A DNA stretch of 64,000 nt from Lytechinus pictus (Eukaryota). The stretch spans positions 55,800,001 to 55,864,000 of the forward strand of contig NC_087246.1 of the NCBI RefSeq assembly GCF_037042905.1, written 5' to 3'. Position 1 is the stretch's first letter; every line of letters begins with the position of its first letter. Of this stretch, positions 1-12,292 are shown piece after piece. Both the position numbers and the translations under genes were made by a program. The notes under the pieces are model-generated. The model was not told the DNA's origin, ran no database searches, and worked only from the letters and a program-made list of their open reading frames with translations.

Positions 1-520
1 TTACGTACGTAATGTAATAAGGGTGTCAAAAACACTAAAATAATGAAAAAAGGTATCTATTTTTTATAGAAAGCTACGTGTTTAGGGTCAAATTTGCGAT
101 GGTATCAAACATTAAGACTAAATTGTTTTATAAAGGATGTACTTTTTGCCCCAAGAGTCAACACTACGTGTTTAGAGTCCCGGTTTAGAGTACGATTGCG
201 CGAGGTGTGGGAGCGGTTGGGGCTGTACTAAACCCAACGATGTAGGTAAAGGTAAACCCAACGACCGACGTCTGTGACATAACAATTAAAATATCGCTGT
301 ACTTGTTTAGGGGTTCAATTCAGGGAATACTTGCCAAGAGTATCGTTTTGTTTTCATTACTTGTTAAGGGTAGTGTTTCACACGCCAATACTTGTTAAGG
401 GGTGCATTTTCAGAATATGGAAAATACGTGTTTAGGGTGCTTTTCGAGACCCCATGGTCGCGCATGGTATCCACTCGTCAATGGAAGTGGCCCCCCTACC
501 GCCACCCCCCCCCCCCCAGG
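1..520. mobile_element. Right end of a non-autonomous DNA transposon with poly-C terminus (left part outside window)
   Basis: At least six dispersed copies of a TAC(G/T)TGTT(T/A)AG(G/A)G motif (~76, ~166, ~300, ~358, ~389, ~425) lead to a GGAAGTGG-C(n)-AGG terminus. Superfamily not assigned. Confidence 0.45.
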
Positions 521-2690
521 ACTAGCTGGTCTCATGCTGGTCTTGGCCAAAAAATCAGAGACCAGGGGGGCGTTTCATCAAACAATTCGTCGGTGGTTTT
601 CTCCGACTAATTTTGATTTTCACCGACTAATTTCATTTTCACCGACAATTTTGCCATCACCGACTAAATTCCATTTCATGAAAATTTGTCGGTGATTTTC
701 TCCGTCAAATTATTGGAAACCACCGACTAATTTTGTCGGTGGCCTTTACCTACCGACAAAACTCATTTTCACCGACTAATCAGCCTTTTGTGGACCTTCG
801 CAGCTAAAATTGATCAATTTCAGTTGATTTTCAATATAACATTTTAATAAATTGCTTATTTTTCATTTCATTAAGAAAATTCAAAGAAAATGTATCTATT
901 TTTAGTCAATGACAAATAAAAAGTAGACATTTCAAGAATCATATTTTCATCTTTAAAACTATATTTTCATAAATATTAATCGATACATAAGAAACATCTT
1001 CAAATGTACACATTTTTTCAAACATAATTTTCTTCAACCGAATAAATCATTGTGCATTTTTTAATCGATAATGTCTGATAATGTCTTAAAACTGTGGCTT
1101 CATTGACTTTTGTACAAGTTTTTCAATATTCATTAGTGTTGTTGGTGTTGCTGCTGTTGTCATCGTGGTTGCTGGAATTGCAAGTGTTTTTGCTGCTGCT
1201 CTTGGTGTTGTTGGTGTGGTTGTTGTATCTCTTACTGCAGTTATGGTTTCGGCTGCTGATGCTGTTGTTGCTCCTGCTGCTGTTCATGTTTATTGAAGTA
1301 ACTGAAATGGAATAAATTTATAGAGCATGTGATATTCTATTAATAAAGATATTAATTTCCATCATTATTGATATCAAAGTCATTTATTCCTAATTTATCA
1401 TTGTTAAAACTTACATTTTTTAATTTTCAATGTTTCAAATAATAACTTTAAGTTCTAAATGGTTAAAGTATTGTCACCAAAGCCTTATTAAACAACGAAA
1501 ACAAACAAGTTAATAACAAAGAAATGCATAAGAAAATGATTTAAATGTACATGTATACACAATTGATTTTAATTAATGACTTGGGTTTTTCTCATTGGTT
1601 TACCAAAGAAAGGGAGTCAAAATCCAAAATTATCACATTTGGTCTTTATTTCTTGATTTAGAGCAAAATGCTGATTTCATGCAAGAGTCATGTTATCATA
1701 AATAAAAAACCAACATCGGGAGCAGCAGCATACCTGCTGATTTCTGAAGTGAGTGCACAATCAACAGGCAAGATCCTGAGGCACGCCCCCCCCCCCCCCT
1801 ACCAAGATCATTTGAATTAGTGAGGTTTAATGACTGCTTCTGTAGTCATTACATTTATCTGATTTACACAGGCCTACAAGAGATATTAAAAAAAATTGTG
1901 TTCTTTTTGGGGTAATCTTCTGGTGTTCCTCCCTGACAAAGCAGATGGTGATGGTGTGTGAGTGTGGGGGGGGGGTCTAATAGGAATGCAGAACAATGGA
2001 ACATTCATTTACTACTTTGGCAATAGAAAGCAAGTCACACCATCTAGCATTGATTGATATTGGCTGTTTTACAACTGTCCAAGAAATATCACCATTAATA
2101 ATTTAAGCATCTAAGCACTTTTAGATGTCATTGTTTTCAAATATTGACTGGTAGAAGACCAAATAAAGAAGAGAACAGTACCGGTAATTAAATATTTTTT
2201 TAATGTGACTTTACTTTCTTTGCCAAAATGAGGCAGTAATAATTACGAGTGTTTACCTTACAAGTGACATCACATTTCCTGCCTTCTTGTCTGGCTCTCC
2301 TAAACCTTCAACCATTTATACTTGGGTAACTTTGTATCTCATGTCTGTCTGAAAAGTTTGGGTAAAGCCTCCACCTAAAGGAAAAATAGCATTGAAATAA
2401 CTAATTAAAATATTTGCCATAATCTTGTATTTCTTCTCACATGTATATGTACATGTCTAAAACAGGAAATAAAACATCTTTTGATAACCATACAGAAGGG
2501 GGTAAATAAAGGGTTCAAGTTTTTATTATGTTAATCAAAAATAAAAACAATAATAAATGACATGCTCTGGCTGAGAAACTTAAATAGAGAATATATTCCT
2601 CACAATGTAGCTTGTATGTACATACACATGAGAAAGTAGTGATAAATGGATTGAGGGGTGAGAGCAGGGGCTGCGGAAACAGGGGGGGGG

Positions 2691-2936
2691 TTGCATGTTA
2701 GCTGCAGGGTCAGCGGAACATTTTCTAAAGTGAGCGAGCTGACCATGCAAAATATAACCAGATGGTCATTTTCCATTTTTCACCCCCCGCATTGTTTTCC
2801 AAAACCATGTACAAAAATGTAAAATTTACCATCTGCTAATGATTTTTTGCATGGTCAGTCCCCCCCCCCCCCCCCACTTTCGGCTCACCCCCTTCACTTT
2901 CAAAACCGTTCTGCTGACCCTGCAGCTAACATGCAA
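2691..2936. mobile_element. Short hAT-like MITE (CAGGG...CCCTG) with extended inverted flanks
   Basis: TTGCATGTTAGCTGCAGGGTCAGCGGAAC (2691-2719) is the reverse complement of 2908-2936 with one mismatch. Internal CTGACCATGCAAAA / TTTTGCATGGTCAG inverted pair. Confidence 0.55.
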
Positions 2937-4353
2937 AACAAACTGATTCTTTTATATGTCTTTCATGTTTATGTAATGTTTGCATTACAAACTTGGTCAC
3001 AGTCTGATTTCATTGTCATTGATGTGGGTTTTAATGATTTAACATTCTGCAACCCCAAAAATATCCTTCATTATTTTATAATCATTATCACATTTTACTA
3101 GTCTACATGTTACCTAAGGTTGCATTTCAATCTCAGTATTTCTTCACCCATTGCCAAATCTTCTGCCACATGTTCATCAGATTGGCCGCTGGCACATTCC
3201 TTGCTGTAGTAGACCAGTCAGAGCCTAGCTTTCTAGTTCCAGACCCGTCTTCTTCTGCATATGGTTCAAATGTCCATAGTCTGAAATTAAAATATTAATA
3301 ATATCACATTGTTATACATGTAGCAAAGAAAATATGTAGGTTTACAGTGATCATTGAAAAATACTGCACTTTCAATGAATATTGTTGACATTTCATAAAG
3401 GGGAATGATCAAATATACCAATCATTTTTCTTCTTTTATTATCCTGAAATTTCTAGAATTTACCAACAATCGGTCAACAATTTATCCTTGTTAATTCATA
3501 TAATTTTCACTTGATTATAAACAAGACGGTCATTAACACATTAACCATACAAAATAGTAAAACAGCTTTTTTAATAATTCTTTTTTTAATTAAAAAATAA
3601 AAAGAAAAGTTTTTTTCTAACCCAGTAGCGCTTGGATACCTTGCCGGTTAAAAGCCACAATCAAATTAATAAAAAAATATGAATAGGCTCCTAATTCATA
3701 ACTGCAGCAAATTGCATCCCCATCAAATTGTCAACTATTTCTGGACTGTGACCTTTGTTCAATGGAACTTTAATATGAGATTCAAGGCAGAAAAATATTT
3801 GGGATTGATGAGAGCTATCCATTGCATATTCTCCTATATTTTTTTCTAATGAAATATGAAGAGACCTTTAACCTTTACATGCTATTTAAGGTTAGGTGTG
3901 ACTAGACTCTAACTTTATGTGGTACGACAATATTTTTCAAAAAAAAGATTAAGAGACATTATCAACAATAATTTAATTTATTAACTCCAATAACACCGAT
4001 GCTATTGCAGATTCATGCTAAATACTAATTTGTCTAAAAAAATTGACTAAGAAAAATAAAAGCAAAACAAACTTCATAATCACACACAAAGGAAGAGCAT
4101 TATTTTGTCTCCCATCCAAATTGGACGATCAATCTTTTTTTTTAAAGGGAGCTATGCAATGGCTCATTTCACTTGGGTGCGCAAAGTCAAAGATAATTTA
4201 AGATAGATCTAGGCCTATAGGCTATACCAGTACGGCCACGGGCCGGGTGCACCATTTAAAACTTAGTTAGATCTAATAATTTTTTCATATCTAGATTTTA
4301 ATTTTTATTGGGTGTGAACTTACCTCTGCCACAATCGCATCATCCCCCCCCCC

Positions 4354-4500
4354 TACCTCGAGCGAAGTTCGTGCAGGCTCCACTCCACTTCACTACCGCT
4401 ACACTACGCTCCACCTACCCGGGTAGACGTAGGTGAAGCGTAGTGTAGCGGTAGTGACTAGTGAAGTGGAGTGGAGCCTGCACGAACTTCGCTCGAGGTA
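4354..4500. mobile_element. 147-bp near-perfect palindromic MITE, TA-flanked, inserted in a poly-C run
   Basis: TA-CCTCGAGCGAAGTTCGTGCAGGCTCCACTCCACTTCACTA... is mirrored by ...TAGTGAAGTGGAGTGGAGCCTGCACGAACTTCGCTCGAGG-TA. C-runs on both sides. Confidence 0.8.
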
Positions 4501-6129
4501 CCCCCCCCCCCTGAATCCTCGCCAGCTGTCGAGAGCCTTCACTTCATTCGACTTGTGACTTGCTAAGGCTAAGCCTATATTAATAGTTGAGAACATCCAC
4601 TTTACAAATTTACCACTCACACTATTACCATGTGATTTAGCTCCTGTTCAATTCCAATATCTGTAACACAGAATTAGGATGGCCCCATTGGATATGTGTA
4701 CATTAACAATTGCACACGCTAGTTTGCCTGGTGATCAAGGATATCCTCGACCACACCGAGCAACAAAATTAATACAAAACCAAAGGAAATGAAAAAATAT
4801 GATTTGTAACACAGAATGACATAAAGGTAGAACAATATAAAGAATTCTCTTTGCAAAATTTATAAAATTGCAACAATGTGCGGATCATAAAAACGTGACA
4901 GTCGTGAGCCGTGTCGTTAGTTTGGGCTTGAGATAGTTCTACAGACACAGAAACACGGGTATGGGACTAGACTGGATTATGTACTGTCAAGTTTATCGAT
5001 CGTATCGACAGGGGTCCTGCCAGAAGATCCTCTTTTCTTGTAATTCATTTGATAATTACGCACAACGAAAAATTCAATCACCTTACATATAATATGAACG
5101 ACATTTTGAAGGGTTTTACTTACGGTAAAATCCTTATTCACCTCTCCGGGGACCTTCGCTTCTACTTATTTCTTCGTTTCATTTCGAATCGTCGCGGCGA
5201 AAACATCAACCAATTTTACATCTTTTTCACGACTTTGGGAGTGGGCGTGGCCTAATTAGTCAGCGAACCTCGTTCAAGACGATTTGTAAAATAAAAATTC
5301 TCTGACAATAGTCAGAGGAGCTCCGAGAGTTTGATGAAACGAATTTTTGTCAGCGCTGACTAAATTGTCAGCGCTGACAATTTTAGTCAGCGCTGACAGT
5401 TGTCGGACGAAAATATTGATGAAACACCCCCCAGAATGCTCAAGACCTCTAACATTGGAATATTTTTGTACATTAATAAAAACTGAATAAATAACAATGT
5501 TTGATCATTACAATTATGGTAACCTGTATTATAAATTGCTCGTTGTTTTTTTTTCTTTCTGAGATTTGGAGTATAAATAAGCTTGATTTATCAATCTTGA
5601 AGATAAATGAACGAGTGAGCTAAAGGACATTTTGAGCACTCAACACAAGTCACATGGATTTGGTACAACACGTTACACTTTATGCTCTTCTAACCAAATC
5701 ACTTTTAATTGTATGCATGCCAATTCATAATGTGTATTTCTAAAGATAAACTTTATCTTTTTTCAAATAAAGTTGAATGACCTAACCTAATTCCATGGTA
5801 CCTGTAAAAATGAAGCATGACAAGGGCCTAAAGGCTGAGTTCAAACAAAACCTACTTGGAAAGACAATTGTTTGAGAATATCCTGGCAGGAACCTGTGAA
5901 CTACAGGAACTGAACTACAGGAGTGACAAGGAGTGTTGTACAACTGTACTGCACATGAGGGTCAACACTTCAAGGCATACTCTTGTCTTAACATGAGGCC
6001 TACTCTACTCAACCATCTCTGTTTCCAATGTTCTCATTTTCCCCAAAGTGCATTTGTGTAATCGTTGTGTAGTGACATCATGCGAATTGCATGTAGTAAG
6101 GGCCCCTTCTCTCTACATTGGTTGAATAA

Positions 6130-6620
6130 GAAAAATGCGATGAACAATTTATAATAGGTCTTGAAAATGAAGACCACCAGAGCTCTTCCTGTTAAAAGCC
6201 ATCATTACAACTTTGCATGAATAGTGCTTCTTATTCCATATCTGCTTGATTTAAGAAGATGATGCTCCTTGCTTGGATGAAGAGTATACAATGTCAAGGG
6301 GCACCTCACCAAAACTCAGGGCCACATTTTGTACGTGAAAATCCCACAAATGTCTTTTTATCGTGACACCTCACATTCATCTTAGACAAAACAACAGGGA
6401 ATGTGGGGAGAGCACTATGTAAGATGGAAAACACCATTACAGTAGTACTCAAAGGCACTGTGTCTTTCCAGCATTCTCCATTGTTTTATCTGATGAATAC
6501 CTTGTAGAAATAATACAGACAGACCGCAGCTTGCCATTAAGCTAAAATGGGATAGCCGATAGGCCTTTACATGTATGTGCAAAGTGTTGGAAAGTCGGGA
6601 CTAGTGATGAAAAGATGCTT
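6130..6620 (+). mobile_element. Possible highly decayed Ty3/Gypsy gag remnant
   Basis: Translations DEQFIIGLENED...LLK...TTLHE and CAKCWKVG..(frameshift)..VMKRC resemble a gag motif and a broken CCHC knuckle. Many stops and frameshifts. Confidence 0.25.
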
Positions 6621-8472
6621 GCGGGGTTCCTGCATAAAAGCTATTTGGTTCTGACTTTCGGTACTATTAGTGCTTAAGTTAGATGATGTAGTCTGTACAA
6701 TGGTGACAACCCGTTGAGCAGCAGGCATGTAGGCACTGGCAATTGGTAAACTCAAGGAGCTTCAGCTCCTTGGTAAACACCAGAGATGAAGGAAAAGATA
6801 CATGCAAGCAAGTGGGATGATGTGATTCAGGTGGGTCCCAATGTCCTTTTTTGTATTTTTCTCTGTATCTCTCTTCAAAATCTTTAGAATTACCTGCATG
6901 GTTCTCATACAAAAAAAGAGAAATTTATGTGGAAGTATTATACAACTTTAAAAAGATTTTTTTTCTCGTAGAAGAGCAGATATATTTCTTGTATGATATT
7001 GTGATATAAGAAGTGAACATTTGAGAGAAGATGAGTAGTTGTGTGTAACCTTTCCTCACCTGCCTCTGACCTCTACAGGGGGGCACACGCCCAGTAAATG
7101 TCTAACATGGCTACGTGCTTAACCTGCAGATATACCCGGACACAGATCTTTGATTTCAACTGAACCCATCTCAGATACAAACGACGATAACCAGTACCAG
7201 ATTTTGCCTCTTTCTTGCCTCATTTCAACGAGTGCACACAAAGGGAGAAATGAGCAATTAGATTTCCTGCTATGATTTCTGTCAGGAAGATCGCAAACAA
7301 TGAACGAGCTGGGGGACTGACAGTGAACGACACGAGAGAAACATGAAAGCCCCATCTCCGAGGGGGAAAACAGAATCACTCAGTTTTCGGCTTGGATTTC
7401 AGTCTTCTTCCTCCAGCTTTTTATGTTTGGCATCACCCGCCATTCTTCTCTATCGCCCTCTCTGATCTGTGAGATTAAAATGCAACATAGGAAACCCAGA
7501 CACTCCTTCATTCAAAACGCAAGGCCATGTTCACATTTCACATGACCAGATGTAACTTTAGGATTCTCAAAAGTACATTGTTATGCATGCACAATGTAGG
7601 ATTAATTTCGTTTTACAGGTGAATTTCAAGTGCTCCTTTGGTTCAGGCATCATAAAAGGGGGTCAACGTATAAGAACACTTTTTGAGCCTTGAGATGCCC
7701 GAGTCTGATCTACATGTATTTGGGATCACTTCTCGAAACCGGGGGGGGGGGGGGGGGAGGATTTGTGAGCCTCCATTCTTTATCTGTCCTAGACACCAAA
7801 TATAGGTGAGTATTTGTTGTAACAAAGTGAGTAAAATAACTTATTGAACAGAATTCTCCCTTGTTACAACATCACATATATTCCCTAAATGCAAGTGTAT
7901 ACCTTTTTTCCAGGGCACTCCTATGATGAATTTCCCTTTTTGGACTTTGTCTAGATCCATTCACAGAGGTACTTAATACATGTATATCAATATCAAAATT
8001 AACCATGCACAGCTTTCAAATTTCAACTCAAGGTATATTGAATCTAAAGTCTCAAGAGACCGAATGAAATCGTATACATGTAGTAGCAAATCTTCATGGT
8101 GTGAACTCAGCTTCTGACATTTTGGAAGCTGACTGATAATCATTTTATCTCTGGATCAGCTAAACATTTGCAGATCAATCTGTGTATTCAGCAAAATGCC
8201 AAGTCGGTCTGCACTTTTCTTTCCTTACGAACCAATGTCGGCTTTTGTCTCTGAAACTCTTTATGAACCTCAGCACCAAGCCGACATCTTACGCCCAACG
8301 GCTTCTCTATAGTTACTTCATCTTCATAATTTTTTTGGAAGTTTGGATTATCTACAATATGCATCACCATGCATCAAAGAATTATAAAGGCCTTATTTGA
8401 AAACATGGAAATGATTTCAACATGATGATTATTAGACCATGGTCTATTTAGTTAAACCGTACTTCAGAATAT

Positions 8473-9851
8473 GACCCCGTTCTCATTACACTTTCTAAAA
8501 CTAGTTTACTGGAAACCGGTTCAGGAAACTAGTTTGGAAGATCGCTTTGCTAGCGTTCCCAATTGATCACCCAAAAGTGTTTTTCAAAATCACTTCACGT
8601 AAAGCAATCTTGTTGCTACGGGAACGCTCTCAGTGGGGTGACACACCTTTCGCGGAAAATATGAATCCCCAGCATATGCATTCGACACACAGCGTGTGGA
8701 GTAGCACGCTCAAAATGTGCGAAGATCGCTTCCCGAAGAACAGTTGTGTTCTCACTTATGCTAAAACCAGTTTAACGTGGCAGAGCGATCTTGAAACTAC
8801 ATCGCGAGGTGGTTTTATGAACCGGTTTGGAAGATCGCTTCCAAGATCGCTTCGACCGTTCTCATTACACGTTAAACTAAACCCCTCAATAAAAGTTTGG
8901 AAATCTGAGTTTGGCCATTAATTTTTCCCAACTCCCAATTTTATACAATGCATATTTGACACCATTCAAAAGATCTTTTAATTCTCTTTAAAATGATACC
9001 ATGCTTGTTATGATCATGCCATCAGGATAAGAGTAGGATTCAAAAGTGTTGGATGAGGTCTGAATTGAAAAGCTGCAAAACGAGCAAAAAAAGTTTGGAA
9101 ATCTGAGTTTGGCCATTAATTTCTCCCAATTCCCAATTTTACACAATGCATAATTGATATCATTCACAAGATCATTTAATTCTTTTCAAAATGATACCAT
9201 GCTTGTTATGATCATGCCATCACAAAAAGAGCAGGATTCAAAAGTGTTGGATGAGGTCTGAATTGAAAAGCTGCAAAACGAGCAGAAATAGTCATGAAGG
9301 GTCAATACAGAACATGATTCTTTTGTCTGTGTCAAGAGATGAAAATCCATTCAAATCAAGCCCCTGCTTCTTCATTTTTTATGTTTTGTTGTGGTTTATG
9401 TAGGGATGGTTCTGTGAGATAACATTGTTTTAGTCGTGGTTTGAAATACCCATGAATGTTTGTTTGTTATGTGTTTGCTCTGCAGAGGTGTGTTTGATTC
9501 CATGTTAATGTTGATGTTAAGGTGCATGAAAACAATTAAAAGAAACCACTGAGAAACTCACTCATCACAACAGAAAAAAGAACAGTGACTTTCAATATTG
9601 TGTCATTTTGCAACTTTTGAATTTTGACCTTGCCCCACATTTCAAGGCACTGCACCTTCATGTGAACCATAATCATATCATGTAGGGTATCATTTTAAAG
9701 AGAATTAAATGATCTATTCATTTATATTATTTACACATTGATATTTACTAAAACCGAGGAGGGATGATCAATCAAAGTCAGATTTCCAAACTTTTTTTGA
9801 GGAGTTTAGTTTCCACTAAACTAGTTTTGGGAAGGTAGTGAGAACAGTGTC
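8473..9851. mobile_element. MITE (GAC(C/A)C..TTCTCA termini, Harbinger-like) copy 1, split by a nested insertion
   Basis: ~34-bp TIRs (GACCCCGTTCTCATTACACTTTCTAAAACTAGTTT / AAACTAGTTTTGGGAAGGTAGTGAGAACAGTGTC). Colinear with the uninterrupted copy at 14585-15029. Confidence 0.8.
8880..9806. mobile_element. Tc1/mariner-like non-autonomous element nested in the MITE
   Basis: TA duplication (8878-8879, 9807-9808) at the AAAC-TA-GTTTCC site that is empty in copy 2. TIR AAC(C/T)CCTCAA.AAAAGTTTGGAAATCTGA. Long imperfect inverted arms; ~197-bp tandem duplication of the left arm (~8891-9285). Confidence 0.8.
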
Positions 9852-11435
9852 TTTGGGACATTGTGCGAAGTGAAAACTTTAGTCTTCAAGGATAATTTCA
9901 TTCTCTTAGTGATCTTAACAAAGATGGTGTTGACTGTATTTATTATATCCATGTGATATGTTTGTTGTATTCACAATTCAGATGTGATTTGGTATCATTG
10001 ATGGCAGCGAAGGGGAGTATCTACATGTAGGGTCTACACATACGGTGTAGTTGTACAAGTATAATTCACCCCCAGAAATGTACAAGATAGCACTCGTAGT
10101 ATTTTGGTTGCCAAATGAATTAATATGAGGGGATTCAACATTTAGTTTGGATTGAAAAGAAGGAAAGAGAATGCCTGACAGAAATAATAATTTCTTTCCC
10201 ACCAATGAAAGCTGAAAGCAGAGCACTTCAATTCCTCAATCAGAGGAAAACTTTCACTTTAAGGGTTCAGGTAACAGTAACATTCATGGAGGTGTCATAA
10301 AACTGAGCATCTATATTCCATCTATTCAATTTTGAACAAAAGAAAAGCATATACCCCTTGTCAATAATTGGACACAAGTGCATAAACCACATCTAGCAAA
10401 ATATGCCTGTAAATTGAGTGTCAGTAATTTGTCCCTTTTTGTCACTAAAAGTGACAATTTGATTCTGCAACAGACGCTTGTTAACTCAGAGTAATGCAGC
10501 TACTTCTTGAACTCTTTTGACATCAAAAGAAAAAGTTAGAATTCACCCAGACAAGACTTATTCCACTCCTTAATAACGATATGGTTCACATCATCAGTGC
10601 CAATGCTTTAGACTTGCTTCCAATTATACAACTTGACAGCGACATTTTTTTTCACCCTTTCCTTTTCTTTTTCTCTTGTTCTCAGTGGGGATGATATGTA
10701 CAGTTTTTATTATCAAAAGGAAACCTCTGCAATAGGCAGATTCCCTCAAAGTGTGTTGCAGATAATTAATTTGACAGAATCCTCTGAAAGAAACATATTG
10801 TTTCATTCCACTTCACACCATTTAAATGAAAATCAGAGTGCTATGCACTTGGTTTTGATAAAGTGAAAAGTGTTGACATTCTACATGTAACATGAGACTT
10901 CCTGAAATGTTAAAGAGTACATTACAGTTTTAATGCAGATAAGAGTTTTAGTCAAAATGGTCCTAATCAAATAAAGGAAATAAATACAAGTGGTATCTAT
11001 GTAAACCAATAAACCAATTACTTCAAACATACAGATCTAATTTTGATTAAACATCATCACGATATAACAAACCCTGGATCAGGGAAAAAATTACACGAGG
11101 ACTGAGGGCGATATAAACCCAAAAATGCTCAAACGAGCCCTGGAAACTAACAAAATAAAAGGAGCACTAGAATCCGCATTCACTGCAACGTTAAAGCTTA
11201 TCCAATGTTGCACATTTAGGCAGTAAATTGTAAAACGTAGCCTCAAAAATAAGAAAATTAATTCTTTGCCTACCCTTCATACATAATTTATCTTTCCAGG
11301 AGACGGGGGGTCATATAGATGTTTATCTGAAATGCAACAAAAGGGAACATTCTATTTTGGGCCAATGATTCAATAATTGATAGAGTATGAAAAAAAAATG
11401 AAATTTGAAAAGAAGAAAATTATGAGATAAATTAC

Positions 11436-11497
11436 CTTTTCTGTCTTGACTGTTGCCACTTCATTGATGAAATCTTTGAATTTCTGTCTATTCAGAA
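11436..11497 (-). CDS. Sowah: Sowah (sosondowah ankyrin-repeat protein) coding exon 2
   Basis: Acceptor TTATCTTTCAG, donor AAG/GTAATT; 62 nt, phase 1 to phase 0. Encodes (V)LNRQKFKDFINEVATVKTEK, matching the SOWAH N-terminal FKxxVNxVAxV motif in frame with exon 1. Confidence 0.85.
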
Positions 11498-11859
11498 CTG
11501 AAAGATAATACATAAAATAAAAAATTATATGTTGTGTTGAGTTAGCTGGAATACACAATCTGCATTTCAAAATATGGTTTTGCTACCAAAGAAAGATTCA
11601 TGCGTGCATTTCTTTAACATGTTCATTCCAGTAAATATTTGAATGGATGGCAATGATGAGGATGATAATGATCAAAATAATAATGATAAATATAACAAAG
11701 ATATAAACTAAAATATTATAAATGTATCTTCCACTGTTCTTTAAATTCTGAATCTATTATTTTTTAATGTAAGAGTATTCATTTCAAGCTCACAACATAT
11801 TTATACCTGTAGGTATATCTATATATGAAAGACATATGTGAAAATAATGCAAAGATGGT

Positions 11860-12292
11860 AATAAGCCAGTTCGTAGTTCCACTCTGCGCATGATCAGAAG
11901 ATGCTGCGCATGATCAGAGGAAGGTTATTTGTACTAAAGTGACATGGTGGTTTAAAAATTTAATGAGATAAGCACCATCTTTGATGTCTTGATCATTCAT
12001 ATATTCTTTTGAATTGTGCTTTTCATTTACATCAACAACAATGCGTCCACGAACGACTGGCATTTCACAGTTTGCCAAGTATATTACGCATTCAAAGTAA
12101 AAATGCAACAAATACATTCATAGAGCGTTCAATGGTGTGCTATTCTAGTCACCTGGTCTATTCAATTTCTTCACCCTGCTATGTAAGGCATGCTTACATA
12201 ATATCTTGCTTTGAAATCTGCCTATCTCAATGAAAGAAATGAAAGGTCATTTGACCAAAATTGTCCATGAAGTAACTACGAACTGGTCTATT
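11860..12292. mobile_element. Non-autonomous DNA transposon (AATAGACCAGTTCGTAGTT TIRs)
   Basis: AATAAGCCAGTTCGTAGTT at the left, AACTACGAACTGGTCTATT at the right. Internal short tandem duplication CTGCGCATGATCAGA. Confidence 0.6.

Larger units (their letters stand above)
1123..5250 (-). pseudogene. Decayed multi-exon gene or lncRNA carried inside the Harbinger-like element
   Basis: Chain of minus-strand splice sites: donor GTAAGT 5123; acceptor 4661; donor GTAAGT 4323; exon 3280-3114 (TTTCAG / GTAACA); exon 2374-2262 (CCTTTAG / GTAAGG); terminal exon from 1301 (TTTCAG) with a CAN-repeat Ser/Asn-rich frame. GC box GTGGGCGTGGC at ~5241. In-frame stops are present. Confidence 0.35.
566..5431. 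mobile_element. ~4.9-kb PIF/Harbinger-like non-autonomous element in Sowah intron 2
   Basis: TIRs: GGGGGCGTTTCATCAA..TTCGTC from 566 and GACGAA..TTGATGAAACACCCCC ending 5431. CAG flanks both sides (563-565, 5432-5434), a 3-bp CWG TSD. Subterminal arrays of CCGAC(T/A)A on the left and GTCAGCGCTGAC palindromes on the right. No transposase ORF. Confidence 0.7.

Noticed and set aside
1094-1315. Leu-rich 73-aa plus-strand ORF resembling a membrane protein
   Set aside because: Antisense reading of a (CAN)n low-complexity tract; splice signals point to the minus strand.
6567-8400. Sowah exon 3 candidates (minus-strand ORFs and the acceptor at ~7467)
   Set aside because: Phase-0 readings hit stops and show no SOWAH-like or ankyrin sequence.
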